From the NCBI GenBank assembly GCA_964394425.1, contig CAYMXP010000003.1, positions 20,995 to 84,994 on the forward strand: a stretch of DNA of 64,000 nt, read 5' to 3'. The DNA is from an uncultured Chryseobacterium sp. (GTDB taxonomy: Bacteria; Bacteroidota; Bacteroidia; Flavobacteriales_F; PHOS-HE28). The stretch's first letter is position 1; every line of letters starts with the position of its first letter. The position numbers and the translations under genes are program-made. Below the pieces are notes generated by a model, which saw only the letters and a program-made list of their open reading frames with translations, ran no database searches and was not told the DNA's origin. Positions 9,158-18,861 of the stretch are shown here, piece after piece.

Positions 9158-10468
9158 ATGAGACTCAGGATCGATCTGGCATGCACCGGGGTGTTGGACT
9201 GGCGGGCATTGGGGGAGCATTCCAGCTTCCTTTTCCGCCGGATCGGGGGGGGAGGTCGGGCGGTGCTGGGTGTTGGGGAGCGTGAAGCCGCAACGTTCGC
9301 ACTTCATGCTTCCAGGATCAAGCATCGGGGCACGGATACCGGGGCCGTGGAACCCAGGGGGCATTTCGCGTTGCTCAAGTCCTTCCTGGTGGGGCATAAG
9401 GACTGGGCGTTCGGTCATCTGGCCTATGACCTGAAGAACGAGGTGGAGGATCTGAACAGCCGCCACGAGGATCTCATGGGCTTTCCGCAGGCGCATTGGT
9501 GGGTGCCGCGCTTCGCGATCGAACTGGATGGACCGGAGGCGGTCCTGCACGTGCATGAAGAGGACAGGACCGAAGGAGAGGAATACACACGGCGGTTGCT
9601 GGACGGGTCGAGGCCGCCCGTCCGGCAACGGGCCATCGAATGGCGATCCGCCACACCACGCCGAACCTATCTGGAACGCGCGGCGGAGATCCTGCGCCAC
9701 GTTCAACGCGGCGACATGTACGAGCTGAACTATTGCGTTGAGCGGAGGGCCGTGGTTCCCGGATGGGATCCTTACGCGGCCTTCGCTCACCTGATCGACC
9801 GGTTGGATCCCCCGCACGCGGCGTTCTACCGGATCGGCGATCGCTTCGCCCTTTGCGCCAGTCCCGAGCGATTCCTGCGCATCGAAGGCCGACGGGTGAT
9901 CGCCCAGCCCATGAAAGGCACGCGCCCGAGGGGAGTGGACGAAGCGAGCGACCGGGCCCTGGCCGCCGAGCTGGCCTCCGATGCCAAGGAGCGCAGCGAG
10001 AACATCATGGCCGTGGACGTGATGCGCAACGACCTGTCACGCGTGGCTGCCCGAAGCAGCGTGCGCGTGGATGAGCTTTGCGCGGTGAAGCGCTTTCCGG
10101 CCGTACACCAGATGGTGAGCACCGTGGGCGCCGAGCTGGCTCCAGGCCTCCATGCGGTGGATGCGATCAGGGCGGCATGGCCCATGGCCAGCATGACCGG
10201 TGCGCCCAAGGTGAGCGCCATGCGCTTGATCGATGAGGTGGAGGATCAACGGCGGGGGTTGTTCAGCGGCTCGCTTGGCTATTTCAGCCCCGAAGGCGTC
10301 ATGGACCTGAACGTGGTGATCCGCGCCGTGCTGTTCAATGCCTCGACAGGCCGGTTATCCCTATCCACGGGTGGCGCGCTCACGGCGGCATGCGACCCGG
10401 AGAAGGAATGGGAGGAATGCGAACTGAAAGCCCGATCGGTGATCGATGCGCTCGGAACTGTTGGATAA
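9158..10468 (+). CDS. pabB: chorismate-binding enzyme, aminodeoxychorismate synthase component I-like
   Basis: Motifs ERSENIMAVDVMRNDLSRV and ASMTGAPK are typical of the anthranilate/aminodeoxychorismate synthase component I family. At 436 aa its size fits PabB. Confidence 0.75.
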   Translation: MRLRIDLACTGVLDWRALGEHSSFLFRRIGGGGRAVLGVGEREAATFALHASRIKHRGTDTGAVEPRGHFALLKSFLVGHKDWAFGHLAYDLKNEVEDLNSRHEDLMGFPQAHWWVPRFAIELDGPEAVLHVHEEDRTEGEEYTRRLLDGSRPPVRQRAIEWRSATPRRTYLERAAEILRHVQRGDMYELNYCVERRAVVPGWDPYAAFAHLIDRLDPPHAAFYRIGDRFALCASPERFLRIEGRRVIAQPMKGTRPRGVDEASDRALAAELASDAKERSENIMAVDVMRNDLSRVAARSSVRVDELCAVKRFPAVHQMVSTVGAELAPGLHAVDAIRAAWPMASMTGAPKVSAMRLIDEVEDQRRGLFSGSLGYFSPEGVMDLNVVIRAVLFNASTGRLSLSTGGALTAACDPEKEWEECELKARSVIDALGTVG

Positions 10469-11765
10469 GGTCAGGCGCTTCATTCGCCGCGAACGGCTGT
10501 TCGCCCCCGGCGACCGGGTGCTGGTGGCCGTGAGCGGCGGGGTGGACAGCATGGTGCTGCTCGATGTGCTGCGCGCGCTGGGGCATCACCTGGTCGTGGG
10601 CCACGTGGATCACGGACTGCGTGGCGCTGAAAGCGACGCGGATAGGAAGTTCGTGGTCGATCGGTGCGGGGCGCTCGGTGTCACCTGCATCGTGAGGCGC
10701 ATCGCCGTGTCCGATGCCCACCCCGATCGCTCCGTTCAGATGGTGGCGCGGGAGCTTCGGCTGAAGGCCCTGGAAGAGATGGCCGGAGCGACAGGTGCCC
10801 GATGCATCGCCCTGGCGCACCATGCCGATGACGCGGTCGAAACGCTGCTGATGGACCTGATGCGTGGCACGGGCCTGCGCGGATGGGCCTCCATCCCGGT
10901 GCGTTCGGGCAGGTTCGTCCGTCCCTTGCTTGGCGTGGATCGGGAAATGGTCCTCCGGCATGCGCGGGAGCACGAGATCCCTTTCCGCGAGGACAGCAGC
11001 AACCGCGATCCCAAATACCTGCGCAACCGCGTGCGGCACGAACTGCTCCCGCTGTTCGGAACATTGCGGCCCGGCTCCTCGCGCACCCTGGCGCGGTCAA
11101 CCGCCGTCCTGCGCGAACTGGTGGCTCTCGCGGAGGAACGGCTGGCAGCGGTGGGGTTGGAGGAACTGCGGGACGGTGGATCGATCCCGCTGGAGAGGAT
11201 CCGTTCGTTCCCTTTTCCGGGTCTCCTGCTCTCGCATGTGCTGAGGAAGCGGGCGCTGCACCCCGACGTGATCGAGCGCATGGTGGAGGCGCTGGACGAT
11301 GACGCGGCCGATGCCGGATTCCCCGTGGAAGGAGGGGAGTTGCGGATCTCCGGAGGAGCCTTGCGTTCGATCGTGCATCGCACGGCCGCGGTCCACCGCC
11401 TGGTCATCAGTGAAGCAGGGGCGGCATCGATCCAGCGGCCCGTCCGCATCTCGTGGGAGGTGAAGGGCGGGCAGGTCCCGGGAACGGATCCCAAGGTGGC
11501 CTGGCTGGATGCGGAAGCCCTGCGCTTCCCGCTCGAGCTGCGACCGTGGGACAAGGGCGATCGCATGCGGCCCATCGGCCTCGGTGGCAGCAAGCTGGTG
11601 AGCGACATCCTCACCGACGCCAAGGTGCGGCGCCCGGAGCGCGACCATGTTCACGTGCTGATCTCCACCGGGGAGATCGCCTGGCTCATCGGTCATCGGA
11701 TCGGAGAACGTTTCGCCGCCGGTCCGGGAAATGGACCGGTGGTGCGCGTGGAATGGATGGGCTGA
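10446..11765 (+). CDS. tilS: tRNA(Ile)-lysidine synthetase
   Basis: N-terminal PP-loop VLVAVSGGVDSMVLL and a TilS-like length. It overlaps the pabB 3' end by 23 nt. Confidence 0.9.
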   Translation: MRSELLDKVRRFIRRERLFAPGDRVLVAVSGGVDSMVLLDVLRALGHHLVVGHVDHGLRGAESDADRKFVVDRCGALGVTCIVRRIAVSDAHPDRSVQMVARELRLKALEEMAGATGARCIALAHHADDAVETLLMDLMRGTGLRGWASIPVRSGRFVRPLLGVDREMVLRHAREHEIPFREDSSNRDPKYLRNRVRHELLPLFGTLRPGSSRTLARSTAVLRELVALAEERLAAVGLEELRDGGSIPLERIRSFPFPGLLLSHVLRKRALHPDVIERMVEALDDDAADAGFPVEGGELRISGGALRSIVHRTAAVHRLVISEAGAASIQRPVRISWEVKGGQVPGTDPKVAWLDAEALRFPLELRPWDKGDRMRPIGLGGSKLVSDILTDAKVRRPERDHVHVLISTGEIAWLIGHRIGERFAAGPGNGPVVRVEWMG

Positions 11766-11816
11766 TCGCCCGCCCCTGGCCGGTCCACCCGTTCACCGGT
11801 CGCATCCTTAAATTTC

Positions 11817-12128
11817 ATGGCCCAACCCCATCGTGCCATGATCACCGCCCATGCCGTCGAGATCACCAAGGAAGAACTGGCCGATATCCGCTTCCCACGC
11901 GACCCCGTGCAACTTTCCCCTGAACACCGGTCTTTGCGCGACCGGAAGATCGAACGTGCCATGAAGCTGGGCAACGGCGATCACGTGAAATGCCGCATCC
12001 TTTTCAAGGACGCCGAGGGGCTCAAATGGGTGAACACCACCGTGTGGGATTTCGATCGCGACAACATCGTGCTGAAGTACGGACTGACGATCCCCGTGTC
12101 GCGCGTGCTGGACATCGAGATCCCCTGA
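11817..12128 (+). CDS. small hypothetical protein (103 aa, or 96 aa from ATG 11838)
   Basis: GC3-rich ORF with no motif I recognise. A TAAATTTC box-like sequence abuts ATG 11817, so ATG 11838 (MITAHAVEITKEE...) may be the true start. Confidence 0.5.
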   Translation: MAQPHRAMITAHAVEITKEELADIRFPRDPVQLSPEHRSLRDRKIERAMKLGNGDHVKCRILFKDAEGLKWVNTTVWDFDRDNIVLKYGLTIPVSRVLDIEIP

Positions 12129-12134
12129 GGATCA

Positions 12135-12268
12135 AAAATTTCCACCACAGAGGCACAGAGAGCACAGAGAATACCCTGTTTCCTTGCTGCCCAACATGGC
12201 ATGAGAGCGATCGATCTCCTGTCTGCTCTGTGCTCTCTGTGCCTCTGTGGTGAACCCTGCTGATCTCA
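12135..12268. mobile_element. MITE-like palindromic element, 134 bp, flanked by the 10-bp direct repeat CTGAGGATCA
   Basis: A perfect 27-bp inverted repeat pairs 12143-12169 (CACCACAGAGGCACAGAGAGCACAGAG) with 12226-12252. Direct repeats lie at 12125-12134 and 12269-12278. No ORF. Confidence 0.5.
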
Positions 12269-12287
12269 CTGAGGATCACGTTCACAG

Positions 12288-12587
12288 TGGTGTCCGGGGA
12301 AATTATTGACCAACGGCTGCGACCCCTTCAGGGTCGTGCATCCCACTGATGCCCTCAACTGAACGCTGCGACCCCTCCGGGATCGTTTGCCCAGCATCAG
12401 CGGCACATCCCGACCCCGGAGGGGTCGCAGCATTTTGTTAGGCAGGATCGCATGAGTTCGACCCTGAAGGGGTCGCAGCCGTTGTTGCGAACAAGGACGA
12501 AAAGAGAACCCCTTCAGTCGCTGCTCCATGGCACACCCTGGCCTGGCTCGCATTTCGATCAACAGCCGTTCATTTCCCCGGACACCA
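12288..12587. mobile_element. MITE-like nested-palindrome element, ~300 bp, with 16-bp terminal inverted repeats and a 13-bp flanking direct repeat
   Basis: TIR TGGTGTCCGGGGAAAT at 12288-12303 pairs with its reverse complement at 12572-12587. The direct repeat GATCACGTTCACA lies at 12274-12286 and 12590-12602. Internal inverted repeats are 12311-12336 / 12459-12484 (26/26) and 12365-12385 / 12411-12431 (20/21). Each unit carries the small hairpin CGACCC-N5-GGGTCG. Confidence 0.5.
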
Positions 12588-12681
12588 GTGATCACGTTCA
12601 CACCTTTTCTCACACGCCCGCACCTGCTCAGGATCCCCAGCGTTCAGGCTTCCTATTCCCTGTCGCTCCGGCGGGCGCGGC

Positions 12682-12689
12682 TATTTTTG
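12682..12689 (+). promoter_or_regulatory. candidate -7 promoter box TATTTTTG
   Basis: Exact TAnnTTTG match followed by GGCCCCATT. It lies 18 nt upstream of ATG 12707. Confidence 0.45.
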
Positions 12690-12706
12690 GGCCCCATTCC
12701 GGAGCC

Positions 12707-13162
12707 ATGCTGAACACGATCGTCGTCGCCGCGCTCGCGCTTGCCGCTTCCATGCCCTCGGGCGCACCGGTGAAGTGGAGCTTCGCCGCCGAAGAACTGC
12801 CCAACGGCCAGGTGCGGGTGAACATGACAGCCACCATGGACAAGGGCTGGCACGTGTACGCCACGCAACTGCCCAGCGATCAGGGGCCGCTGCCCACCGT
12901 GATCGCGCTCGCACAGGACAAGCGGTTCGCCCTGGTGGATGGCGTGAAGGAGCCCGAACCCGAAAAGGAGCTTGACCCCAATTTCGGCATGATGCTGCAC
13001 TACCACTCGAACACCGTGGTCTTCAGCCAGGTGATCGCCCGCCGCGGCATCGAAGCCTTCACCGTGAAGGGCGAGGTGGAGTACATGGCCTGCAACGACC
13101 TGAAATGCCTGCCGCCGGTGAAGGTGCCCTTCACCGTGGATGTCCCCGCCCTTTCCAAGTGA
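12707..13162 (+). CDS. stand-alone DsbD N-terminal-domain-like protein (151 aa)
   Basis: ATG 12707 gives the signal peptide MLNTIVVAALALAAS. Motifs GWHVYATQ...GPLPTVIAL and YMACNDLKC match the two N-terminal domains of the downstream DsbD. TGATG overlap with the next gene. Confidence 0.8.
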   Translation: MLNTIVVAALALAASMPSGAPVKWSFAAEELPNGQVRVNMTATMDKGWHVYATQLPSDQGPLPTVIALAQDKRFALVDGVKEPEPEKELDPNFGMMLHYHSNTVVFSQVIARRGIEAFTVKGEVEYMACNDLKCLPPVKVPFTVDVPALSK

Positions 13163-15672
13163 TGCGCGCTTCCCGGTCGTTCCTGCTGGCCGCTGCGCTG
13201 TCGGTGGGGCGGATGCTGCCCGCGCAGATCCCCGGCGCGGTGGCCCCCGCCGATCCCGCGCGCTGGAGCATCAGCGTGCGGGAGGCCGACCCCGGCACCT
13301 GGGACGTGGTTTTCCGCGTGGACATCGAACCGGGGTGGTATGTGTACAGCCAGCAGAGCTTCGGGAACGATGGCCCGATGCCCACGCGCATCGCGTTCGA
13401 TACGCTCACGCACGCCGTCCTGATCGGGGATGCCGCCGAGACCGGGGAGCACGTGGTGCAGGGCCGCGATCCGGTCTTCGACATGGAGGTGAAGAAGTTC
13501 AAGGGATGGGCTCTTTTCACCCAGCGCATCGGCACCGGCGATCCGCAGCGGGCGATCACCGGCAGGCTGGAGTACATGGCTTGCGACGATCAGCGATGCA
13601 TCTTCCCCGAGCCCCAGTATTTCAGGATCGTTCCCGCCGACAATGCCGGCGAACTGGGGCCGCTTCCATTCACGGCCGATGATGCCGCATTGAACGAGGC
13701 TGCTCCCGCGGAACCGGTGACCTGGACGATGGCGGTCGAACAGAAGGGCGATGGGCGTTGGGCCCTGAAGTTCAACGCCACGGTGCAGGATGGCTGGTAC
13801 GTCTACTCACAGGAGAGCTTCGGCGCCGACGGTCCGATCCCAACGAGCATCGCGCTGGACTCAGCGATGACCGGCACGCGCCTCGTGGGTGAGCCGATGG
13901 AGGAAGGTCCTGAAAAGGTGGAGGGCTTCGACGAGATCTTCGCCATGAACGTGCGCAAGTACAAGCACAGCGCGACGTTCACCCGCGAGGTGCAGGTGGA
14001 GGATCCCGCACGGGACATCACCGGCGCGGTGAGCTACATGACCTGCAACGACGAGGCCTGCATCTTCCCCGATCCGATCAGGTTCAAGGTGAACATCGCC
14101 GCCGGCGTGGCCAGGATCGGCGACGAACCCATCGCCCAACTGCCTCCCGGAACACCGAGCTGCAAGTACAAGCTGCCGAACGTGGACCTGGAGGATCCCG
14201 TGATCAGGGCCACCGACGAGGCGCTGAGCGTGGCCCGTGGCGGGAAGTCGCTGGGCACGATCTTCCTGCTGGGCTTCATCGGCGGGTTGCTCGCGCTGCT
14301 CACCCCGTGCGTGTTCCCCATGATCCCGCTCACGGTGAGCTTCTTCACCAAGGGCGGCGACGACAAGACGAAAGGCCTGCGCAACGCGATCACCTACGGC
14401 GGGTTCATCCTCGTGATCTACCTGCTCTTCAGCCTGCCCTTCCACCTGCTGGGCTCGGTGAACCCGGAGATCTTCAACGAGATCAGCACCAACCCCTGGC
14501 TGAACGTGTTCTTCTTCGCGATCTTCATCGTCTTCGCCATCTCCTTCTTCGGCTACTTCGAGATCACGCTTCCGGCAAGCTGGGTGAACAGCATGGACCA
14601 GAAGGCCACGAAGTTCGGAGGCCTGATCGGGATCTTTTTCATGGCGCTCACCCTCGCGCTGGTATCCTTTTCCTGCACCGGCCCGATCCTCGGATCGCTC
14701 CTGGCCGGCGCGTTGACGGCCGACGGCGGCGCGTGGCAGCTCACGATGGGCATGGGCGGCTTCGGCCTGGCGCTGGCGCTGCCCTTCGCGCTCTTTGCCA
14801 TGTTCCCGCGATGGCTCAGTGCGCTGCCCCGCAGCGGATCATGGCTCAACAGCGTGAAGGTGGTGCTGGGCTTCGCCGAGGTGGCCCTCGCGTTCAAATT
14901 CCTGAGCAACGCCGATCTGGTGAAGCACTGGGGCATCCTCCCCTACGAGGTCTTCATGGCCATCTGGGTGCTTTGCGGTCTTGGCATCGTGATCTACCTG
15001 CTGGGCAAGATCAAGTTCCCGCACGACGGCCCGGTGAGGCACTTCAGCCCGTTGAGGCTGGCGTTCACCTCGCTCTTCGGCCTGGCCACCGTGTACATGC
15101 TGATGGGCTTCCGATACAACGACGAGGAGAAGACCTTCACCGTGTTGAAGCTGATGAGCGGCCTGGCGCCCCCGGTGGGCTACAGCTGGATCTTCCCCAA
15201 GGAATGTCCGGCCAACCTGGATTGCCATCACGACCTTGATCTCGCGCTCCAGCAGGCACGCAAGCTCAACAAGCCCGTGCTGGTGGATTTCACCGGATAT
15301 GCCTGCGTGAACTGCAGGAAAATGGAGGAACATGTATGGCCCGAGAAGGGCGTGCATGAGGTGATCGACAGGCAATTCGTGCTGGTCTCGCTCTACGTGG
15401 ACGACAAAGCCGAGCTGCCGGGCGAGGAACAGCACGACTACGTGACCTGCGCCGGCAAGCCCAAGCGCATCGAGACCCGGGGCAACAAATGGAGCACCGT
15501 GCAGACGGAGACCTTCGTGAACAACAGCCAGCCTTTCTATGTGCTGCTGAGCCCCGACGGCCGGCTGCTCACCGATCCGGTGGCCTATACGCCTGACGTG
15601 GACGCGTACGTCGCCTTCCTGCAGCGCGGGCTGGAAGGCATGCGGGTGTTGGATCAACAGGCGGGCAGGTAG
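13162..15672 (+). CDS. dsbD: thiol:disulfide interchange protein DsbD family (836 aa)
   Basis: Two N-terminal domains (GWYVYSQ...YMACDDQRC and GWYVYSQ...YMTCNDEAC) are followed by a multi-TM core ([15 protein letters not shown]) and a C-terminal thioredoxin fold with [10 protein letters not shown]. Confidence 0.9.
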   Translation: MRASRSFLLAAALSVGRMLPAQIPGAVAPADPARWSISVREADPGTWDVVFRVDIEPGWYVYSQQSFGNDGPMPTRIAFDTLTHAVLIGDAAETGEHVVQGRDPVFDMEVKKFKGWALFTQRIGTGDPQRAITGRLEYMACDDQRCIFPEPQYFRIVPADNAGELGPLPFTADDAALNEAAPAEPVTWTMAVEQKGDGRWALKFNATVQDGWYVYSQESFGADGPIPTSIALDSAMTGTRLVGEPMEEGPEKVEGFDEIFAMNVRKYKHSATFTREVQVEDPARDITGAVSYMTCNDEACIFPDPIRFKVNIAAGVARIGDEPIAQLPPGTPSCKYKLPNVDLEDPVIRATDEALSVARGGKSLGTIFLLGFIGGLLALLTPCVFPMIPLTVSFFTKGGDDKTKGLRNAITYGGFILVIYLLFSLPFHLLGSVNPEIFNEISTNPWLNVFFFAIFIVFAISFFGYFEITLPASWVNSMDQKATKFGGLIGIFFMALTLALVSFSCTGPILGSLLAGALTADGGAWQLTMGMGGFGLALALPFALFAMFPRWLSALPRSGSWLNSVKVVLGFAEVALAFKFLSNADLVKHWGILPYEVFMAIWVLCGLGIVIYLLGKIKFPHDGPVRHFSPLRLAFTSLFGLATVYMLMGFRYNDEEKTFTVLKLMSGLAPPVGYSWIFPKECPANLDCHHDLDLALQQARKLNKPVLVDFTGYACVNCRKMEEHVWPEKGVHEVIDRQFVLVSLYVDDKAELPGEEQHDYVTCAGKPKRIETRGNKWSTVQTETFVNNSQPFYVLLSPDGRLLTDPVAYTPDVDAYVAFLQRGLEGMRVLDQQAGR

Positions 15673-15730
15673 CGCGTTCCTTCCAACGGTTTGCCCGGTC
15701 CGGCAGGAAAGCGAACTTCGACGCCTGGCC

Positions 15731-16324
15731 ATGAGCATCGACCGCATCCGCAGTCACTTCACCGAAGCCGCCACGGTGCAGGCGCGGTTCGCCGTGGACG
15801 CGAGGAACATCGAGGCCATCCACCGGGTCGCCGAACTGATGGTGACCGCACTGCGCGGAGGCGGAAAGCTGATCAGCTGCGGGAATGGAGGCTCCATGTG
15901 CGATGCGATGCACTTCGCCGAGGAGCTGACCGGCAGGTTCCGTGACGACCGAGCCCCGATCGCGGCGGTGAGCATCAGCGATCCCTCGCACCTCACCTGC
16001 GTGGGCAACGATCATGGCTTCGAGCAGGTCTTCTCGCGCTATGTGCAGGCGCACGGCCGCAAGGGCGATGTGCTGCTGGCGATCAGCACGAGCGGGAACA
16101 GCCCCAACGTGCTTCGCGCGGCGGAAGCGGCCCGGCATCTGGGCGCAAGAGTGGCCGGCCTTACCGGTGGGAACGGTGGCGCCCTGGCCGCGCTTTGTGA
16201 CGTGGAGGTGCGCGTGCCGCACGAGGGCTACGCCGACCGCGTACAGGAGGTCCACATCCAGGTGATCCACGCCTTGATCGACCACATCGAAACGGCCATC
16301 GCCGGCGGCAAACCCGCCCTCTGA
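15731..16324 (+). CDS. gmhA: SIS-domain D-sedoheptulose-7-phosphate isomerase
   Basis: [16 protein letters not shown] and [10 protein letters not shown] motifs; 197 aa. Confidence 0.8.
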   Translation: MSIDRIRSHFTEAATVQARFAVDARNIEAIHRVAELMVTALRGGGKLISCGNGGSMCDAMHFAEELTGRFRDDRAPIAAVSISDPSHLTCVGNDHGFEQVFSRYVQAHGRKGDVLLAISTSGNSPNVLRAAEAARHLGARVAGLTGGNGGALAALCDVEVRVPHEGYADRVQEVHIQVIHALIDHIETAIAGGKPAL

Positions 16325-16333
16325 GGGCGGATC

Positions 16334-16478
16334 TTCCACCACCAAGACACGGAGAGCACAGAGTGAAATACCGTACATCTGAAGTGGCATTGACGACCGC
16401 AGGGTGGGCGTGGCACAACGAACATCACGCATGAGCATCAATGTATTTCCCCGTGTCCTCCGTGTCCCTGTGGTGAAA
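16334..16478. repeat. degenerate copy of the CCACCAC...CACAGAG palindromic element
   Basis: The left arm 16334-16363 (TTCCACCACCAAGACACGGAGAGCACAGAG) pairs with 16449-16478 at about 22/30. It shares the TTCCACCAC / GTGGTGAA arm ends with the element at 12135-12268. It directly follows the gmhA stop, which sits in a small hairpin CCGCCCTC-T-GAGGGCGG. Confidence 0.5.
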
Positions 16479-16502
16479 TACTGCATCATGCCTCGCTGAT
16501 CC

Positions 16503-18044
16503 ATGCTGGTCAAGGTGTACGGCAGCGCGGTCCACGGCGTCAACGCCATCCTCGTCACCGCCGAGGTGAACGTGTACCAGCGCGGCACCAAGTTCTTCAT
16601 CGTGGGCCTGGCCGACAACGCGGTGAAGGAGAGCTACCACCGCATGGACGCGGCGCTGAAGAACAACGGGCTCTACTTCCCGCGCGGCAAGCGCGTGGTG
16701 GTGAACCTGGCGCCGGCCGACATCCACAAGGAGGGAAGCGCCTACGACCTGCCCATGGCCGTGGGCGTGATCGCCGCCACCGGCCAGGCACCGGCCGACC
16801 TGCTGGCCGACCACATGGTGATGGGCGAGCTGTCGCTCGATGGCGGTGTGCGACCGATCAAGGGTGCGCTGCCCATCGCCATCGAGGCGCGCAACCGCGG
16901 CTTCAAGGGCTTGGTCGTGCCCAGCGCCAACGCGCGTGAAGCGGCGATCGTTGCGGGGCTCCGGGTCTTCGGTGTCGATCACCTGCGGCAGGTGGTCGAT
17001 CTGATGAAGGGCGATGGCGCGCTCAAGCCCACCGAGGTGGACATCGAGCGGGAGTTCGCCGAAAGCAACACGAGCCACGCGGTGGACATCGCCGACGTGA
17101 AAGGGCAGGAGAACATCAAGCGGGCGCTGGAGATCGCCGCGGCGGGCGGGCACAACGTGATCATGATCGGTCCGCCGGGTGCGGGGAAGACCATGCTGGC
17201 GAAACGGCTGCCCACCATCCTTCCTCCGCTCAACATCGACGAGGCGCTTGAAACCACCAAGATCCACAGCGTGGCGGGCAAGCTCCGCAAGGAGACCAGC
17301 CTGCTGAGCGTGCGGCCCTACCGGTCGCCGCACCACACCATCAGCGATGTGGCGCTGGTGGGCGGTGGGTCCTTCCCACAGCCGGGAGAGATCAGCCTGG
17401 CGCACAACGGCGTGCTTTTCCTCGATGAGCTGCCGGAGTTCAAGCGCACCGTGCTCGAGGTGCTGCGCCAGCCGCTGGAGGATCGCGTGGTCACCATCAG
17501 CCGTGCGCGGCTGAGCGTGGAATATCCAGCCAGCTTCATGCTGGTGGCCTCGATGAACCCATGCCCCTGCGGCTACTACAACCACCCGGAGAAGGAATGC
17601 GTGTGCGCGCCCGGAGTGGTGCAGAAGTACCTCAACAAGATCAGCGGCCCGTTGCTCGACCGGATCGACATCCACATCGAGGTCACCCCGGTGCCGTTCA
17701 GTGAACTGAGCGCCGAACGCGATGGAGAAAGGAGCGCCGCCGTGCGGGAACGGGTGATCCGGGCGCGCAAGGTGCAGGAGGCGCGTTATGCGAAGAGCAA
17801 GATCCATTGCAACGCGCAGATGAGCACCCAGCAGCTCAAGGAGATCTGCCGCATCGACGCGGCGGGCCAGGCCTTGTTGCAAAAGGCCATGGAACGCCTG
17901 GGTTTGAGCGCCCGCGCCTACGACCGCATCCTGAAGGTGAGCCGCACCATCGCCGACCTGGCCGGCAGCGCCGGGATCGGCAACGAGCACCTGGCCGAGG
18001 CCATCCAATACCGGAGCCTGGACCGGGAGGGCTGGGCTGGTTGA
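16503..18044 (+). CDS. comM: YifB/ComM family Mg-chelatase-like AAA ATPase
   Basis: N-terminal Lon-protease-like domain, Walker [15 protein letters not shown], and a C-terminal Mg-chelatase subunit ChlI-like region. Confidence 0.9.
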   Translation: MLVKVYGSAVHGVNAILVTAEVNVYQRGTKFFIVGLADNAVKESYHRMDAALKNNGLYFPRGKRVVVNLAPADIHKEGSAYDLPMAVGVIAATGQAPADLLADHMVMGELSLDGGVRPIKGALPIAIEARNRGFKGLVVPSANAREAAIVAGLRVFGVDHLRQVVDLMKGDGALKPTEVDIEREFAESNTSHAVDIADVKGQENIKRALEIAAAGGHNVIMIGPPGAGKTMLAKRLPTILPPLNIDEALETTKIHSVAGKLRKETSLLSVRPYRSPHHTISDVALVGGGSFPQPGEISLAHNGVLFLDELPEFKRTVLEVLRQPLEDRVVTISRARLSVEYPASFMLVASMNPCPCGYYNHPEKECVCAPGVVQKYLNKISGPLLDRIDIHIEVTPVPFSELSAERDGERSAAVRERVIRARKVQEARYAKSKIHCNAQMSTQQLKEICRIDAAGQALLQKAMERLGLSARAYDRILKVSRTIADLAGSAGIGNEHLAEAIQYRSLDREGWAG

Positions 18045-18095
18045 GCTCCGTAACCCGTTGAACCCCGGGACCGTATCCACGGGCCACTCCGAGCA

Positions 18096-18800
18096 ATGAC
18101 CGGGAGTGCCCCAATGACCAGCTTGATCACCCTCCTTTTCCCCCTGCTGTTCGGCGCGCTGGCTGCCAACGGCCAGCCCAGCAACGAACGCGTCTATCTG
18201 GACCAGGGCCTTGGTCCATGCACCAGGAAACATGCGACCTTTTTCCTGGAGCCCAACGGCATGGATGGCGCCAGCTACATCGGCCGTATCTACACCATGG
18301 ATGGCGTGCTGAAAGCCGACGGCCGCTTTGCCGATGCTCAGATGCGCATCCAGCACGGATCGTTCACCTTCTACTTCCCCGACGGTGCGGTGGAAAGCAA
18401 AGGGACCTACGACATGGGCCGCAAGACCGGCATCTGGCAACGATATGATGAGTGGGGGCGCGAACTGGCCGAGAAGGTCTACGATCCCGAACCCCTCAAG
18501 GACATCCTGTACACGCGCGCCGAGACCATGCCCCAGTACCCCGGCGGCCAGAAGGAACTGATCTCCTACCTCCGATCAAAAGCCATAGGCGCCGATGGGA
18601 TCAACACCCACGGCACCGTGACCGTTGGGTTCGTGGTGGAGCGCGATGGCAAGATCACCGATCCGAGCGTGATCGAGGGGTTTTCCAAGGATGCGGATGA
18701 GCGTCTGGTGGATGCCCTGAAGGCCTCGCCGCCCTGGACCCCCGGCCAGGAAAGGGGGCTGCCGGTGCGTGTGCAGATGAAACAGACGGTGCCTTACTGA
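18096..18800 (+). CDS. TonB C-terminal-domain protein with MORN/YwqK-like repeats
   Basis: The C-terminal motif ETMPQYPGGQKELISYL...GTVTVGFVVERDGKITD is TonB_C-like. An alternative start is ATG 18114 (MTSLITLLFPLLFGALAANG). Confidence 0.7.
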   Translation: MTGSAPMTSLITLLFPLLFGALAANGQPSNERVYLDQGLGPCTRKHATFFLEPNGMDGASYIGRIYTMDGVLKADGRFADAQMRIQHGSFTFYFPDGAVESKGTYDMGRKTGIWQRYDEWGRELAEKVYDPEPLKDILYTRAETMPQYPGGQKELISYLRSKAIGADGINTHGTVTVGFVVERDGKITDPSVIEGFSKDADERLVDALKASPPWTPGQERGLPVRVQMKQTVPY

Positions 18801-18826
18801 CGAACCACGTTCCATACACCATAAGT

Positions 18827-18856
18827 CCGGAGGCCCTGATGCATCGGGGCCTCCGG
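18827..18856. terminator. bidirectional hairpin between convergent genes
   Basis: 30-nt near-perfect palindrome CCGGAGGCCCTGATG/CATCGGGGCCTCCGG with one mismatch. It is followed by CATTTTC on the plus strand and lies between the stops at 18800 (+) and 18862 (-). Confidence 0.6.
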
Positions 18857-18861
18857 CATTT

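Noticed and set aside
12311-12484. Four ~21-26-nt repeats with ~25-28-nt spacers that at first glance resemble a mini CRISPR array
   Set aside because: The units run in + + - - orientation (nested inverted repeats), not as direct repeats. There are only four units and no cas genes. They lie inside a larger element with terminal inverted repeats, so I describe them as part of a MITE-like element.
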